Below, one piece after another: positions 52,042-64,000 of a DNA stretch of 64,000 nt. The position numbers were made by a program, and so were the translations under genes. The notes below the pieces were generated by a model. That model saw only the letters and a program-made list of their open reading frames with translations. It did no database searches and was not told where the DNA came from. The stretch comes from Tubulanus polymorphus (Eukaryota > Animalia > Nemertea), in the NCBI RefSeq assembly GCF_964204645.1, contig NC_134028.1:9610001-9674000 (forward strand), given 5' to 3'. Position 1 is the stretch's first letter; each line of letters starts with the position of its first letter.

Positions 52042-54445
52042 ACGGTTTCAAAGCTGGTAGCCTACATCAATCAAATAACACAGTATAATTGTATTCATTT
52101 ATTCCCAGTGCATTATACGTCTGATTTATGTAACAAGAAATGGGAAATGGTTGCTTGCAAATTATTCATTTCATCTCATAAATACTTACGAATGTGAAAA
52201 AAATCTTTCGAAATCTTTTTTCTGACTGGAAATATTAAGATATAAAATGATAACTAAAAACACGGTTGTATTTTATTATTTGTATGGAACGCCTTCCCAG
52301 ATGTTTTGATACTTTCTCAATTTATATCAAAAATAGTGCTGATTTTTGGTCCTTAAGTCCTGAAACACCATTTCCTTTCAGCACAAATTCATACAAACGT
52401 GTCTATACTACAGAACACTTTGCGGACCAGTTTATGATGTAATGTGTGGCCCATAGAGCTTAATATCGATTAAGATTACGTAAGCTATTCGTGTCCAAAA
52501 TGCGGCAGGCGCACAATAGAAACTTACGCGTAGTCAACTTTTATTGTTGCCGACAAAGAGGACCGATATTTCGCAAATTGGATTCGGGAAGTTTTAACCT
52601 CCCAAGTTCAAATTACTAAAATTGTGACCTTCAGGGAGATTCTACGAAAAGCCGATCGTAATCAATTTTGGTTGAACTTGATACCACAATGCCCAATGGT
52701 TTGAATGTCAAAGTTGTAAATTATTTAAAACCGAAAGAAAACCCATTATTGGATCGAGTTTTTCCTAATGACACGAATAACTTGAAATATCCATTTAATG
52801 AAAGACTACACAAGACCAAGAACAACCTGATTTGATTCTGTTCGGAATCTATTCCTATATTTTCGTCATAATAATCGGATGCAGTATTTTTCATTGATTT
52901 ATCCAATAGCGTCATTTCAGCCATGGACTGTAAAGAAAAAACGTTACTGATTCCATGGTTAAGCTCATCTCCATGTACTATCGTTTGGGCGCCCCCACCA
53001 AAAGAAAGAAAAATGTCGAAATTTCTCTAAAAATCCGTTTTGGCGCGCCAAAACAAAGAATTTCCCGTTTTGGCGCCCCGCCAAAATGAACTGGCATATC
53101 ATTGGTTGATACTGTAATGAAAATTGGGCAAGAAAAATATCATGAATGAATTTGAATGGTAATGAATTTCTATAACTAAACGAACATTATTTTTCTTATA
53201 ACTAAGATCAACAGTGACTCTCTCGTTTATTAGGAAACACACAACTAGTGGAATAGGTTTGATATTTACACACATGTTGCAGGTATAAATTGTTTATCAG
53301 AATAGAAATAGTTAGTAATCCATAAAAGCCGAAATCAACATCGGCCCGAAACCCAGACCAAATCAATTCATAATTTATTGATTGAAACTACACTACAATA
53401 TATGTCTTTATTTGAATATTTTAATAAAACAATTTACTCTAATTAAATCTATTCCAAATCATAATACGTTCTTATCTGTAAATCTACTTAATCTCTCGAC
53501 TCAGCAGGTGCTTAAGAAAAGTTCTTAATAGGACAGATCCAGGTTTAAGCGTGGGGATGAAACAGTATCATGATGTTTGAATGCCAAAATAAATGCCTGG
53601 TGAAATAAATTCATATTTGTTGATTGTACGTCCATGTTTGTTCATTTTCAAAGCTGAATGACATTTGACGTTTACACACTGGTTGCATGTTAGGTTTGAA
53701 TCTTTCAGTGCATTATTTTCTATGTATCGGTTTTCAATTTACTACAATTCCAATCATCCTGAATGGCTTTGCAGAAAGCCTCTTATCGCTGATTTGCCGC
53801 TACAATTGGGGTTTTCTGTTTCTTCACAGAAAACCCTATTGAGATTTGCGTGATTATTATTAGGGTTTCTGCTGCCTCAGCCTCTGCTGGAAATCAACTA
53901 TAGGCGATCGACAATCGGCATTCCCGCACAACCGAGAAAAAACGTATCTGGACTAGCAATTGATTCTCGAAAAAACGTATTCGGACTAAAAACGGCATGT
54001 ACGTTATGAATGGTACGTACGCACGCGCGCGACTGTGAAAAACGCTAGATGCATGCATTTCAAATAGCTTCAGTCCGTTGTTTTGTTCGCGGATATTAAT
54101 ATTACAAATATTCGATAGGTTTTATCTATTTATTGTACGCATTTTCATATGGAATTGAATTGGTCCGGTCAATTAGGCCGTAGATGTTCCGCTTCTGTTC
54201 CGCATTTGCAGTCTTACTGATTAGCGTCAGAAAATGTCAGCATCGTGTTACCTTGTCGTCACCTATATTAACAGGCCTAAAGTCAGTTAAAAGGTGCGAT
54301 TCAAGAATAGGGGACTATAGCAATATATATGTAGTGATAGTAATCAATTAAGTAATTATATTAGTAATTGATAATGATGATATATAATGATAGTAACGTA
54401 TATAGTTATTAATGATGATTAGGGAACTAAACCTAAACCTAACCC

Positions 54446-54901
54446 TAGGGGAACAAATCAGAGTGTCAATTAATGTTTTTGTGTTCTTCAGATTAACCCA
54501 CCACAATTAATCGAATTGGTTCTCCTCTGATTGGTTCCCCTAACCTATACCTCTAAACCTAACCCCGACCAGTGCCAGGAAAGCGCGGAGATATAGAGGT
54601 GAAACCGAGAGCAATCGTCGGTCCGCCCAGGTAGCTCAATCGGTAGAGCAGTCGTCCGGCAAACGAAAGGTCCGGTGTTCGAGTCCCGGTCTAGGTGGTG
54701 GATTGCTTTTCGGTATCCCTAACTCTAATATCTTCCGGCAGGTGGAGTTAGCCGGCTTTCCCGCTGCCAGTGTCACAGTGGGGTTCTGAAAAGATATCAG
54801 TTAATTACTCTCGATTATTTGTGGTGGGTTAATCTGAAGAACACAAAAACATTAATTGATACTCTGATTGGTTCCCCTAACCTATACCTCTAAACCTAAC
54901 C
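54446..54901. mobile_element. Composite repeat: 69-bp inverted repeats + 40-bp direct repeats + cctaac tracts around a tRNA-like core
   Basis: IR 54446-54514 / 54811-54879 (3 mismatches); DR 54525-54564 / 54862-54901. Confidence 0.7.
54625..54697 (+). pseudogene. tRNA-like sequence (pseudo-tRNA or SINE head; nominal anticodon GGC)
   Basis: GCCCAGG TA GCTC AATCGGTA GAGC A GTCGT CCGGCAA ACGAA AGGT CCGGTG TTCGAGT CCCGG TCTAGGT G; D-arm perfect, A and B boxes intact; mismatches in acceptor and anticodon stems, C at position 33, bulged T-stem. Confidence 0.6.
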
Positions 54902-55139
54902 ATCCTAACCACATTCTTGAATCTTACCGCCATTATAGCCTGTAGCTAGTGAATCGGATGTTTAGTATTGATAGAGCGAACCTGCCAGCGACTAACAAGG
55001 CATCTGATGTGATTGGCTTAATACATAGACTGGTGAATACATAGACTGGTGGTACATAGACACAGCGGCAAATTGTCCACTAAAGAAATCTTGGTGTGAT
55101 AATAGACTAATGAAGGGTCTTCCCATTTTCTCTTGCCTG

Positions 55140-56155
55140 TAATTCGAAAGCACGAACACATTAAATGTCCAGTAATTGCAAATAATGGGTGAATTTTGCC
55201 CTTTTAGCTGATAACGATAAGCTTGACTACGAACAGTATCATACGATTTAATCTCTTTAAAGACCTTATGGGTTAAGGAATAGTCATCAGCAGCTGTAGC
55301 CGCTTCATTTAAATCATAAATCTTTTGTTCATCCAAATAGGTTTTGACTTCCACTGGTCCACATTGTTTGAATTCTTACATAAGCAATAACTGTCACAAT
55401 TTGTCAAAATCGCTTTTAACTAATTTAGAATCACACCACCGAGTGAACAAGGTTTCTTTTTCCCAAGCAAATATATTTCATTTTCAACCTTTTTACGATA
55501 TCTGAACCGCTGCCGATAGGCTTCTGGAACTAATTCATACGCTTTAAGAATACAAGATTTCACAATTTCATAATCATATGACAGCTCAGATGTAAGCGAC
55601 GAATACGCTTTTTGAGCCTTCCCAGTAAAAACACTCTGGAGTAGCAAATGCCAGTTTTCCTGCGGCCAATTTAGATTAAGCACGACTTTTTCAAAATGCG
55701 AAAAATACTTATCTTATCTATGTCGGAATCTTGGAACTTCGGAACCAAACGCATATGACGTGTAACATCGAAGTGTAGATGACCCGAATGTAGATGATTC
55801 GACTGACGACTGGTCTCAACTTCACGGAGACGAATTTCCATCTCTCTAAGTTGTAGCTCATGTTGCTCCCGTTCATCTTCCCGTTCATGACCCCGTTTGC
55901 GTTGTTCAGCTTCAAATTCCAGCTCCATCTTTCGAATTTCGTAGGCATGGTCAAAAATTGGTTCTACTTCATACTGTTGAAAGAAACCCTTCAAAACGAG
56001 ATAACTGTCTATGACTTCCTTAATATCCGATTTTAGCATAGACAATTTAAAACTGAGTTCATAAAACGTGGCAGCATCCAACAACTCTTTTTTTTAGTAA
56101 AGAGTCCTAAAGCCTCCCTCGTAGGAGAACTAATAAAAGTCTCTATCGCAGTCAT
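55140..56155 (-). mobile_element. Gypsy (Gmr1-like) gag remnant with SCAN-like domain
   Basis: Coiled coil EIRKMELEFE...ELQLREMEIR, then FDVTRHMRLVPKF, WPQENWHLLLQSVFTGKAQKAY, YEIVKSCILKAYELVPEAYRQRFR, AATAADDY; several frameshifts. Confidence 0.8.
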
Positions 56156-57719
56156 TTGACTCGTAGAAATGCTATCGGGATCAGTAAAACGGAAAAAAAA
56201 TCTCTACAATACCTCAAACTGAGGAAATCCTGATTCCGGAGTTCTGTTGAAAAGTTGACAGTCGTCGACAACAAAAAGCAATTCAAAATGTACGGATCTT
56301 CCAATTGCGGAACGAAACGGCAAGGTTTCCCGGAGGAGTTCCCAATTTCTGTTACGGCCTGAAAAAAGCCAAACTACAAACACAACTCGGAAGACCACCA
56401 TCTACATAACACCAACTGCTTAATTAAACAGAGCTCAACTGAACTGCTGAATATCAACCGAATGAACATATATACAGGAAACAACAATAGAAGAATACAA
56501 ACGGAGATTACAGCTTACAATATTCACAATGAACACTGACATACGACGAAATAGTGAAATAGGAATTTGAAAACCAGTGATGCTAGACAAACATCGAATA
56601 CGTAACACTGTAACAAGGTTTTTGATACGGTAAAATAAATTCAATAGCTCACGAGTATAATTGTATATATCGCTGGTTCATTTCATTCCATGATATCGGA
56701 TCAATTTATAAATTCTAACGCTGGGAAAAGCCCCTCGGTCGATGGAGATAACTGAATAGATAGGGATCGTTAACTTTTGACGAAATCCATATCCATATTA
56801 GAACTACTCATTCCACACAATTGAAGTGACTGAATTACTAAAAATGTAGTTGTATTCGTTATTCATAGGGCTCGCGCGAGCAAACCAAAAGTTATGAATT
56901 CTCGCGCGAGAAGATAAAAAAACGGGCCAATCTAAAATTTAGTTTATCGTTGCTCTAGCTGTACAGGCCTTTTTTTACTATGGTCCAAATCAACCACCAA
57001 CCAGAAACGTATTCGTATGTGTGCGTACGATCGAAGCTGCCGAGGCACGTTCAAGCGCAGAATTGTACGTGATATGCCGGGCCCGGCAACATTTCTAAAA
57101 GCCTGGCCCGGCCTGACTGTACAGGACGGTTGACATTAGATGCCCTACACGCCAGTTTGGTCATGACTGTACAGAACGGTTGACAGACACCTGCGCACAT
57201 AATTTTACAACCAAATTGAAATAAGATGATGACGATGATGATATGATGATAATCCAACACGAATTTGCCCGGGGCTGAAAACAGCAAACTCATAACACGG
57301 AGGAAAAATACTGCGGTGAATAGATCTCAAAGGTTATACACCGTGTTAAAGTACTGTTTTGGCAGTTCGAAATATTGACATGATAATCCACAGACGTATC
57401 TACGCACTGGGACTCATGAGAATCAAAAAGAAATTATGTACAAAAATGACAATAAAAGGCAGATGAAGTGATTGCCATACTTCTGTTATGGTTGACAGAT
57501 TAATGCCACCTCTGCTCATCGTTAACTCTGGCTGTCGACCGTCAAACTATCAACTGCTGTGAACAGTGACCCAAGAACGCAGTGTTACTCTACACGCATA
57601 CACTATGTTTGCCGTATACTGGACTAGCGCCCCATGAAGTTAGTTTGACGATGGACGAATCGTAGGAGCTCATTCTGTGAGGTTGGTTTGACAAATGCTA
57701 TCAAATGATACGAAGTAAA

Positions 57720-57930
57720 AACAAAAAAAAACATGATTACAAAAATGTATCGACGGAGTTAGTAGGAGATATACACGTAGTATCACCTTATTCATTCCAA
57801 TGATTATCAATACAGTAAATCGATAGGATACAATACTGCGGCAAATTCTAACAATCTGCCAACTTTAAACAGGATCGATTGCAAGTTCAAGTGCGAATTC
57901 ATATACCTGACAGCTGTTCAGTATTATCAT
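57720..57930 (-). pseudogene. Decayed GPCR remnant (TM3-ECL2) upstream of protease C
   Basis: Minus ORF segment NSCQVYEFALELA vs GPCR RCQIYEFTTELA; downstream ttagaatttgccgcagtattgtatcct resembles LERAAVVLFP and tatatctcctactaactccgtcgatacattttt resembles YLLPTLSIHF. Confidence 0.55.
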
Positions 57931-58319
57931 CATGAAGAACCAGATCGGCACTATGACTGAAATCATGTCCCATAAGTACTTTGTTATTCGCAGAAACACT
58001 TTCCTGTGCCTGTTGGACATTAATTCATGAATCTGAATAAAAGTATGCATTTTTAGGATATATTTGTTTAAATCATTGGTTGGCAAGATGCTAAATATAC
58101 GTATGGAAATATCATATAAGGCATTTCGTCAAATACTGGCATTATAATCTGCCGAGCGATATCTTTAGGTACAATCATAATTCACTAGGTTCATAAAGTT
58201 TGAATTACGAGTATCAAAATACTCGATCCAGGGAGAAACACACTAGATAATTGGAAGGCTGGTGGTAAAGCAGTTGGTTGGGGTCTGATGATCGTAATAA
58301 TTTCTATTAATACAGTGTT

Positions 58320-59990
58320 TAGTACAACAGTACAGTACAGAAACAAAAAAAAACAAAGCAGCTTTCAAGTTATTACATTGTCATACGACATTAGCGAGTT
58401 GGGTAAACAAGGACAGTTAAAAGACGAGTTTTTTTTCTGGTAAAGATAATTTTGCATCGCATGCCACATGGTCTTTGTAAAAAATAATCTGACAGGTAAC
58501 GTTGTCTCAAATCATCACAAGGCATCACAATAAAGAATAAGATGAAATTCATTATCGATACGGTTACTGACACATTTATCACATTTTCTTTCCTCGCGTG
58601 GTGTATTGATATCTCGACCAGTTTCTATTGGCAAGTTGTGATTTGAGCATCTTAATTTACAAATTGTTACCAGTTGTCGAATCGGTAAAAAAAAGAAATG
58701 TTCTTGGCCCCAATCCGTTTCAAACAATCGGTTTGTTGAGCGTTTGCTAGACATTAGTTATGTCTGCATGCCACTCTTGTATAAATTGATCCTGCAAAAG
58801 TTGTTATGCCGTCAAGCTGATGAATCCATAAATCGCCAAGCCCCGAATTTTCTAAAATGGTTTTAACAAACGATAGCCATTTTGTTTCCATCTTATTCGA
58901 GTACTAGATAGGCCTAAATTTTACCAGATGTAATGTGTGATTGAGAATAAGCTTACCCCAAAACGTGATTACTTTTGCTTTAATACTAATTTCCATTGCG
59001 AAACGTCCCCTTTTGCCAAAAATCATGACATTAGGTGTTGGCTTTTTTCAGCTTAAGTATCAACGTACTTACAGAAAAAGGAAATGTAATCTTTCTATAC
59101 ATTGCAAATTTTCCTACCCAAAATTTCTGATTTAAATTTCAATATTTGTACAACCACCGCATCAAACTGGAGTGCAATGTCTTAAGTCTAACGATTGTTC
59201 CTTTAATTGTTTTGATAAAAGAAAACGCTATTCTTAGCATGCTAACATGCACTTTTTCTACATTTAGTAAACGAGGCATTATTATTAAGAATCGCACCAA
59301 GGTACCAACAATCTTTGGTGATAAGATTGGTCAATACTGACGAATAAATACCATAGCTTGTAGTGTTTTGAAGCAGAGTTAAGTGCTGCAGGTTATCGCA
59401 CTGTCAGCCAGTAAAATAGTGTCATCAGCGTACAATAGGACTAATAACTTCAGTCACATATTATTGGCGTTGTCATCTACTCTTGTCTTTGGCACCCATC
59501 TAAAAACAAATAATCTTAGAAATCATTAATGTATATGGAGATGAGTACTGGAGATTTCACCTTGACGTAGTCCAGTGTTGCTGTCAAAGTACTCTGGAGT
59601 TAGCCTATTGACCTTCACTGCTGACTTAATATGAGAATTTATATTTCTAAACACTTTGATGGACATTACCGGTTACACCCGTTGAAATTAACTTATGCCA
59701 TAGTGCTCTTCTGCATATTGTATCTAAGGCCTTTGCATAATCGATGAAGGCACGATACAGCTCCTTTTTATGGCTGAGAAAGTACAATGTAATCAATAAC
59801 AGCTTTTAAAGTAAATATTTGGTCACTTATACTTTGTTTTTTCTAGAAAACCTGCTTGGTTTTCATTAAGTAAATTTATTTTTTTCTAAAAAGTCGTTTA
59901 GCCTGCTATTCAAAGTGGAAGTAAAAAAGTTTCCCCATAAACTTAAGAGGGTAATTCCTCTATACTTGTTTGGATCGTCCGAGCGACCAT
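58320..59990 (-). mobile_element. Degenerate LINE RT + C-terminal knuckle (same group as the 19.3-kb and 20.8-kb elements)
   Basis: Minus strand YRGITLLS (~59940), FIDYAKA (~59735), GLRQGE (~59565), YADD (59421-59432), KLRCSNHNLPIETGR...KCDKC...NEFHLILYC (58515-58660). Confidence 0.85.
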
Positions 59991-60117
59991 GGTTCAGGGA
60001 TATTTCTAGACTCAAGAACCTTGTTACAAATAACTTTTAATTGTTATTAGTGTGATCCATGTGTTTTTTTACCAGCACCCAGATCACAACGAACAGGTGA
60101 CATTTTGCCAATGCGTA

Positions 60118-60169
60118 AAGCCTGGCGCACACCTTTATACGATCAATCGCAAAGGTGTGCGCCGGGCTT
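60118..60169. repeat. 52-bp hairpin (minimal MITE-like)
   Basis: aagcctggcgcacaccttt / aaaggtgtgcgccgggctt arms with a 14-nt spacer. Confidence 0.6.
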
Positions 60170-61272
60170 GTTAACAATTCAATTCGTATTAACGCTATTT
60201 TGCCAATACTTTCGAGTTGTGCGACTTTGAAAATTCGAGTAAAGTGTGGAGAATAGTGTTAGAGAAAACAGAGCGGCCAGCGCAGTATTCGAACCTTAGC
60301 CAGCAAGTTACAAGCAAAGCAAGTTTCCATTAAAACCTAGAGGCTAATAGAATGCGCTTCAATTGCCCATGACACCGTTGAACTTAATGACCCTGATGGA
60401 CGCATTGTATTGTCACTGCGCGTGTGTCCTTTGTTGAATTGCATATTTCGCAATAGACGAAGACTGGCACAGACAGCAATGTTTATAATGATGACAGTAG
60501 TGTTTTTTCTTGGGTTATCCTATGAAGATTGATTGAATTGGATTGAATGGAATTGAAAACCTCCTACCCCTCAGTATTCTTACAAAACCGAACGTTCCTC
60601 ACTGACTACAAATTAGTAAAATAAGACGTCTAAAGAATTTTTAGAAATGGCCAAAATTTCAACTCGGGTGCGATCCCATTTTTATTTTACGGGTGTCAAT
60701 TGCTATAATCTGTTTGTAAACAGCCATTAAGGCTTCATGTTTCGTCTGCGAATTGTAATGCAACCACACCAACCTATATTTTTTTGACCGCTGTATGTAC
60801 ACTCAATCGGGACAGTTCCTCACTTAGCTTCCCTGCGTCATCACCATGTATCAACTTCGCCATAGCAGATCATATTGTACTTTAAAACCATAAGAGCTGA
60901 GATAATTGAAATTCATACACATCTTTTAAATCGCCAAAATACTGAGTGTGGCCATTTTTGCTTTCTGCAGCTACGTGTAAATCCGGCGCGGTGGCCAGAC
61001 CCAGTGGAATGGGGCCAATACGTCAATAGATAGTAGTAATTGAGTATACGTACTTTGAAAAACGGTGTGCATAGTAACAATTTCTGTGGTCCTCAATACA
61101 GATTATAGATAGATATTATACGCTTAGGCTTAATTTGAAATAGCAGGTGGAGATTTGCAAAGCAACGAATAAAGCATTTTCAAACCCCAGAATCACAAGT
61201 GTTTTTGTCATTTCTGATTACGATGAATTCGTATATAACCGGGTAGTCTGTAGTGACAAACCCGCCCACAAA

Positions 61273-63899
61273 ATGTGTCGTAGAAACATGTTGTTGCTCT
61301 TACTCGTGTGCTCAGTTTTTACGTCGAAAGTTTTGGGTAAGCCAGTTGATTATTTTTATTTTTTTTCTAATTTCCCCAGGTTTGGATAATATATGAAATA
61401 TGTTTACTGTGGCATGATTGAATAGTTCAGGCCTCGAAGATAAGGGCCTAAAGAAAAAAACAAGCCAGTTGTTCTGAAGTTATCAGGAGATTGAGTATTT
61501 AGAATATAGGATGTCAAGGAAACCGGTTTGCATTATAACGACTTCACTACAATCCTACAATCCCTTTGGTTTGGCCTATCAAACGAATTGAGTAAACCGG
61601 TTAGGTCCGTAAGTAGAAAGTCAAAAATATAATCTATTCCATACATTTAGGTGTTGATGAGAAGAAGATATTGATTCGCGATGTAACGAAGCGAAGTTTG
61701 TCACAGTCTGAAATTCATCCGGAGCTCTTGACATTTCGATTAGAATTTCCCGAAGACAACGTTATCTTACATCTACAAAGACGAGACTCGTTAAATGTCC
61801 ACCAGGCACCGGTTTTTGTGACGGGCGATGATGGTGAATTAAAAAGGTTACAAAGAGAATTACCGGTAAATATTGTTTCAATCTGCAGGTAGGTTTGAAC
61901 TTCATTCAAAATTCTATTGTATAATCGTATATTGCGTATAGGAAAGCGTACCGTACCAGTCAATAGATAAAAGAGCTGCGGTTACTGTAACTACAAAACG
62001 ACTCGATAATGGACGCGTACAACGAAGCCTGGTTAGTTTTCAATAACTCCTTTGATGGAAATAAAACACGATAACTGCCAGATTATACGTTTATTGCTTA
62101 CGTATACTCCATCAAAGTGTGTCAATCGCTTTGTAGATGGGAACATTTGATGTGTATGGAGATGGAAATATATATGCTATTGAAAGATCTGAGCAATCAG
62201 TATCAGATGATACAAAAAGAGATGTTAACGATGAGGATCATGCGGTTATTCATGCTGTTACTAAACGAGCATTAAACAGTAATCCAGGTGATTCGCTTGT
62301 GTACAATAAATTCTTTAAAGCATTATCTCATTTATGAATCTTAATATATCCAAAACAGTTAGATCTCTTAAGTAAAGGAATAACGATTTTCGTCGTTGGA
62401 GTAACTCTCGTAACTCTCGTCGGAAAATGAGTACAGCTTTGATTCCAAAATCACGTTTCTAACGAGTTATATCTCGTCCACCAGGAATGTGATTTCCATT
62501 CATAAAATGAATGGGTATTTTCATAGATGGGTAGTCCTATGTCACCGCATTTAATAGTGAAGAACTTGAACAATTTTCGCTAAAGATGAAGTCAATATTC
62601 CCATTTATTTTTAGACGTTGTATTCGAAGCGATTCCATTTTGGCACGAAGAAACTAACATACAAAAGACTTACTACCTTGAACTATTTGTCATGATTGAT
62701 TACTCAACGCTTTTGCTGTAAGCTTTTATTCATGAACACCGTGCGGTCGTATGAATTTGCTCATAGAAACCAATGAAAATCTTATTATGTTTTAAGTTAT
62801 GATAAAGAGGTTGAGAATGCCATAGAACATTATTCACAAGTCGTTAACGGCGTAAGCATGTTTTTTTGTTATTTATCTGGTATTCGGTTTGGCTGTCTAA
62901 ACCTTAGCCATCTCCATTCCTTTTATATAATAGATATCGAAAATAGATACAAGAATTCATGAATTATATCGTTGTATACAATCATTTTAGATTGATCTAA
63001 TATTCGGCGCTATCAGCGATAGCGAGTTGCAAGTACGAATTCGCGTGACTGGTTTTTTCGTTGCTCAGGTAAGTACAGGGAACCCCGATATACCGCCCAC
63101 CGAAATGACGCCACCCCGCCTACCGCCAGGTTTTTCGATGTACTTCTCTATATACAAATATTACATAGTAAAACACAAGATATATACCGCCATACTCTCC
63201 ATACGGCCAAAATCGCTCGGCACTGATATGGGCGGTATATCGGGGGTTCACTGCATATCTTAAGACTTTCGACGATTTTGATATAATTATATATGTTATC
63301 AGCGATTATGTGAGTATCTGCGATCCTATGTTTCAAGAGCGCTAGATACGCCCCTTGGACAGATTCTAATCCACAGAAGATGCGCGGTCAAAACGGAGGT
63401 ATTGCGCTGGAAATTCGAAGCGTAAAGTCTAGCATAAAAAGGTGGTTAGCGGTAAGAAAGGATATACTTCCTCCGTACGACCATGTCCAGCTGTATACAG
63501 GGTATGTACATGGACCAGTACGAACTAAGTATGAACTATGTTAGATATTTAGATTAAGGCAAAATACTAAATGTAATCTAGAGACTATAATGTGTTCTTG
63601 GTGAATTTCAGAATACCATTGGTGTACATTGTTAAATCAGATGGCAGCATTAAAGGAGCTGCAGGTAACATTTAGTTGATTATTTTATCGAATTGCTTTT
63701 TTGGCAATTATAAGAATTTTTGTTAATTAGAGGGCTAACAGTCACATACAATCAATAGGGATAACGAATTGGGAATTGATCCAGATCCTTTTTATCTTCT
63801 AGGTGTATCAGGAAACATATGTAGTAACTCTGCGTCACTTGTTCGAGCGGCCCCGACGGATATTATTAGAACCGGCCCTGCTCATGAAATTGGACATAG
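61273..63899 (+). CDS. ADAMTS-like secreted zinc metalloprotease (M12B), copy C, exons 1-10; continues past the window end
   Basis: Exons 61273-61336, 61651-61865, 61942-62031, 62137-62287, 62615-62717, 62797-62851, 62991-63068, 63338-63501, 63612-63664, 63803-63899; same phases as copies A and B, in frame; ends ...TGPAHEIGH|gt. Confidence 0.9.
63076..63253. mobile_element. Tc1/pogo-like MITE in intron 7 of protease C
   Basis: TIR cagggaaccccgatataccgccca / tgggcggtatatcgggggttcactg; TA on the left flank; starts 8 nt into the intron. Confidence 0.7.
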
Positions 63900-64000
63900 G
63901 TATTCTATGTTTATCTCAAAGCCGGGAGTTCTATTTTAAGCGGGCAGTTCGTGGTGCGGTGGTTATCGTCACAACGTTCTATTCACCCCAAACAGCAACT

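Noticed and set aside
54625-54697. Functional tRNA-Ala(GGC) gene
   Set aside because: Stem mismatches, C33, bulged T-stem and repeat context; kept only as tRNA-like

Overview
AT-rich, intron-containing animal genomic DNA, not prokaryotic. The gene families (stargazin/TARP, GRL101-type LGR, 'ERA/NFYIY' class-A GPCRs) suggest a lophotrochozoan-type marine invertebrate, which is an inference. Contents in order: (1) the last three exons of a stargazin/TARP (CACNG2-like) gene ending in RRTTPV; (2) a decayed C-type-lectin + LDLa + 7TM (GRL101-like) receptor pseudogene; (3) a pile-up of CR1/L2-group LINEs; (4) a duplicated cluster of three secreted ADAMTS-like (M12B) zinc metalloprotease genes with the same intron positions and phases. 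Two are complete with 14 exons and lack TSP1 repeats; the third runs off the window. They are interleaved with single-exon class-A GPCRs: one intact, one frameshifted and two decayed remnants. Each protease copy is divergently paired with a GPCR or GPCR remnant, suggesting a co-duplicated receptor+protease module. Also present: a small remnant gene for a secreted GON/fibrinogen-like protein, BEL/Pao and Gypsy fragments, and many MITEs and tRNA-derived repeats. All exon boundaries were read by hand from GT-AG signals and phase consistency; no database searches were run.
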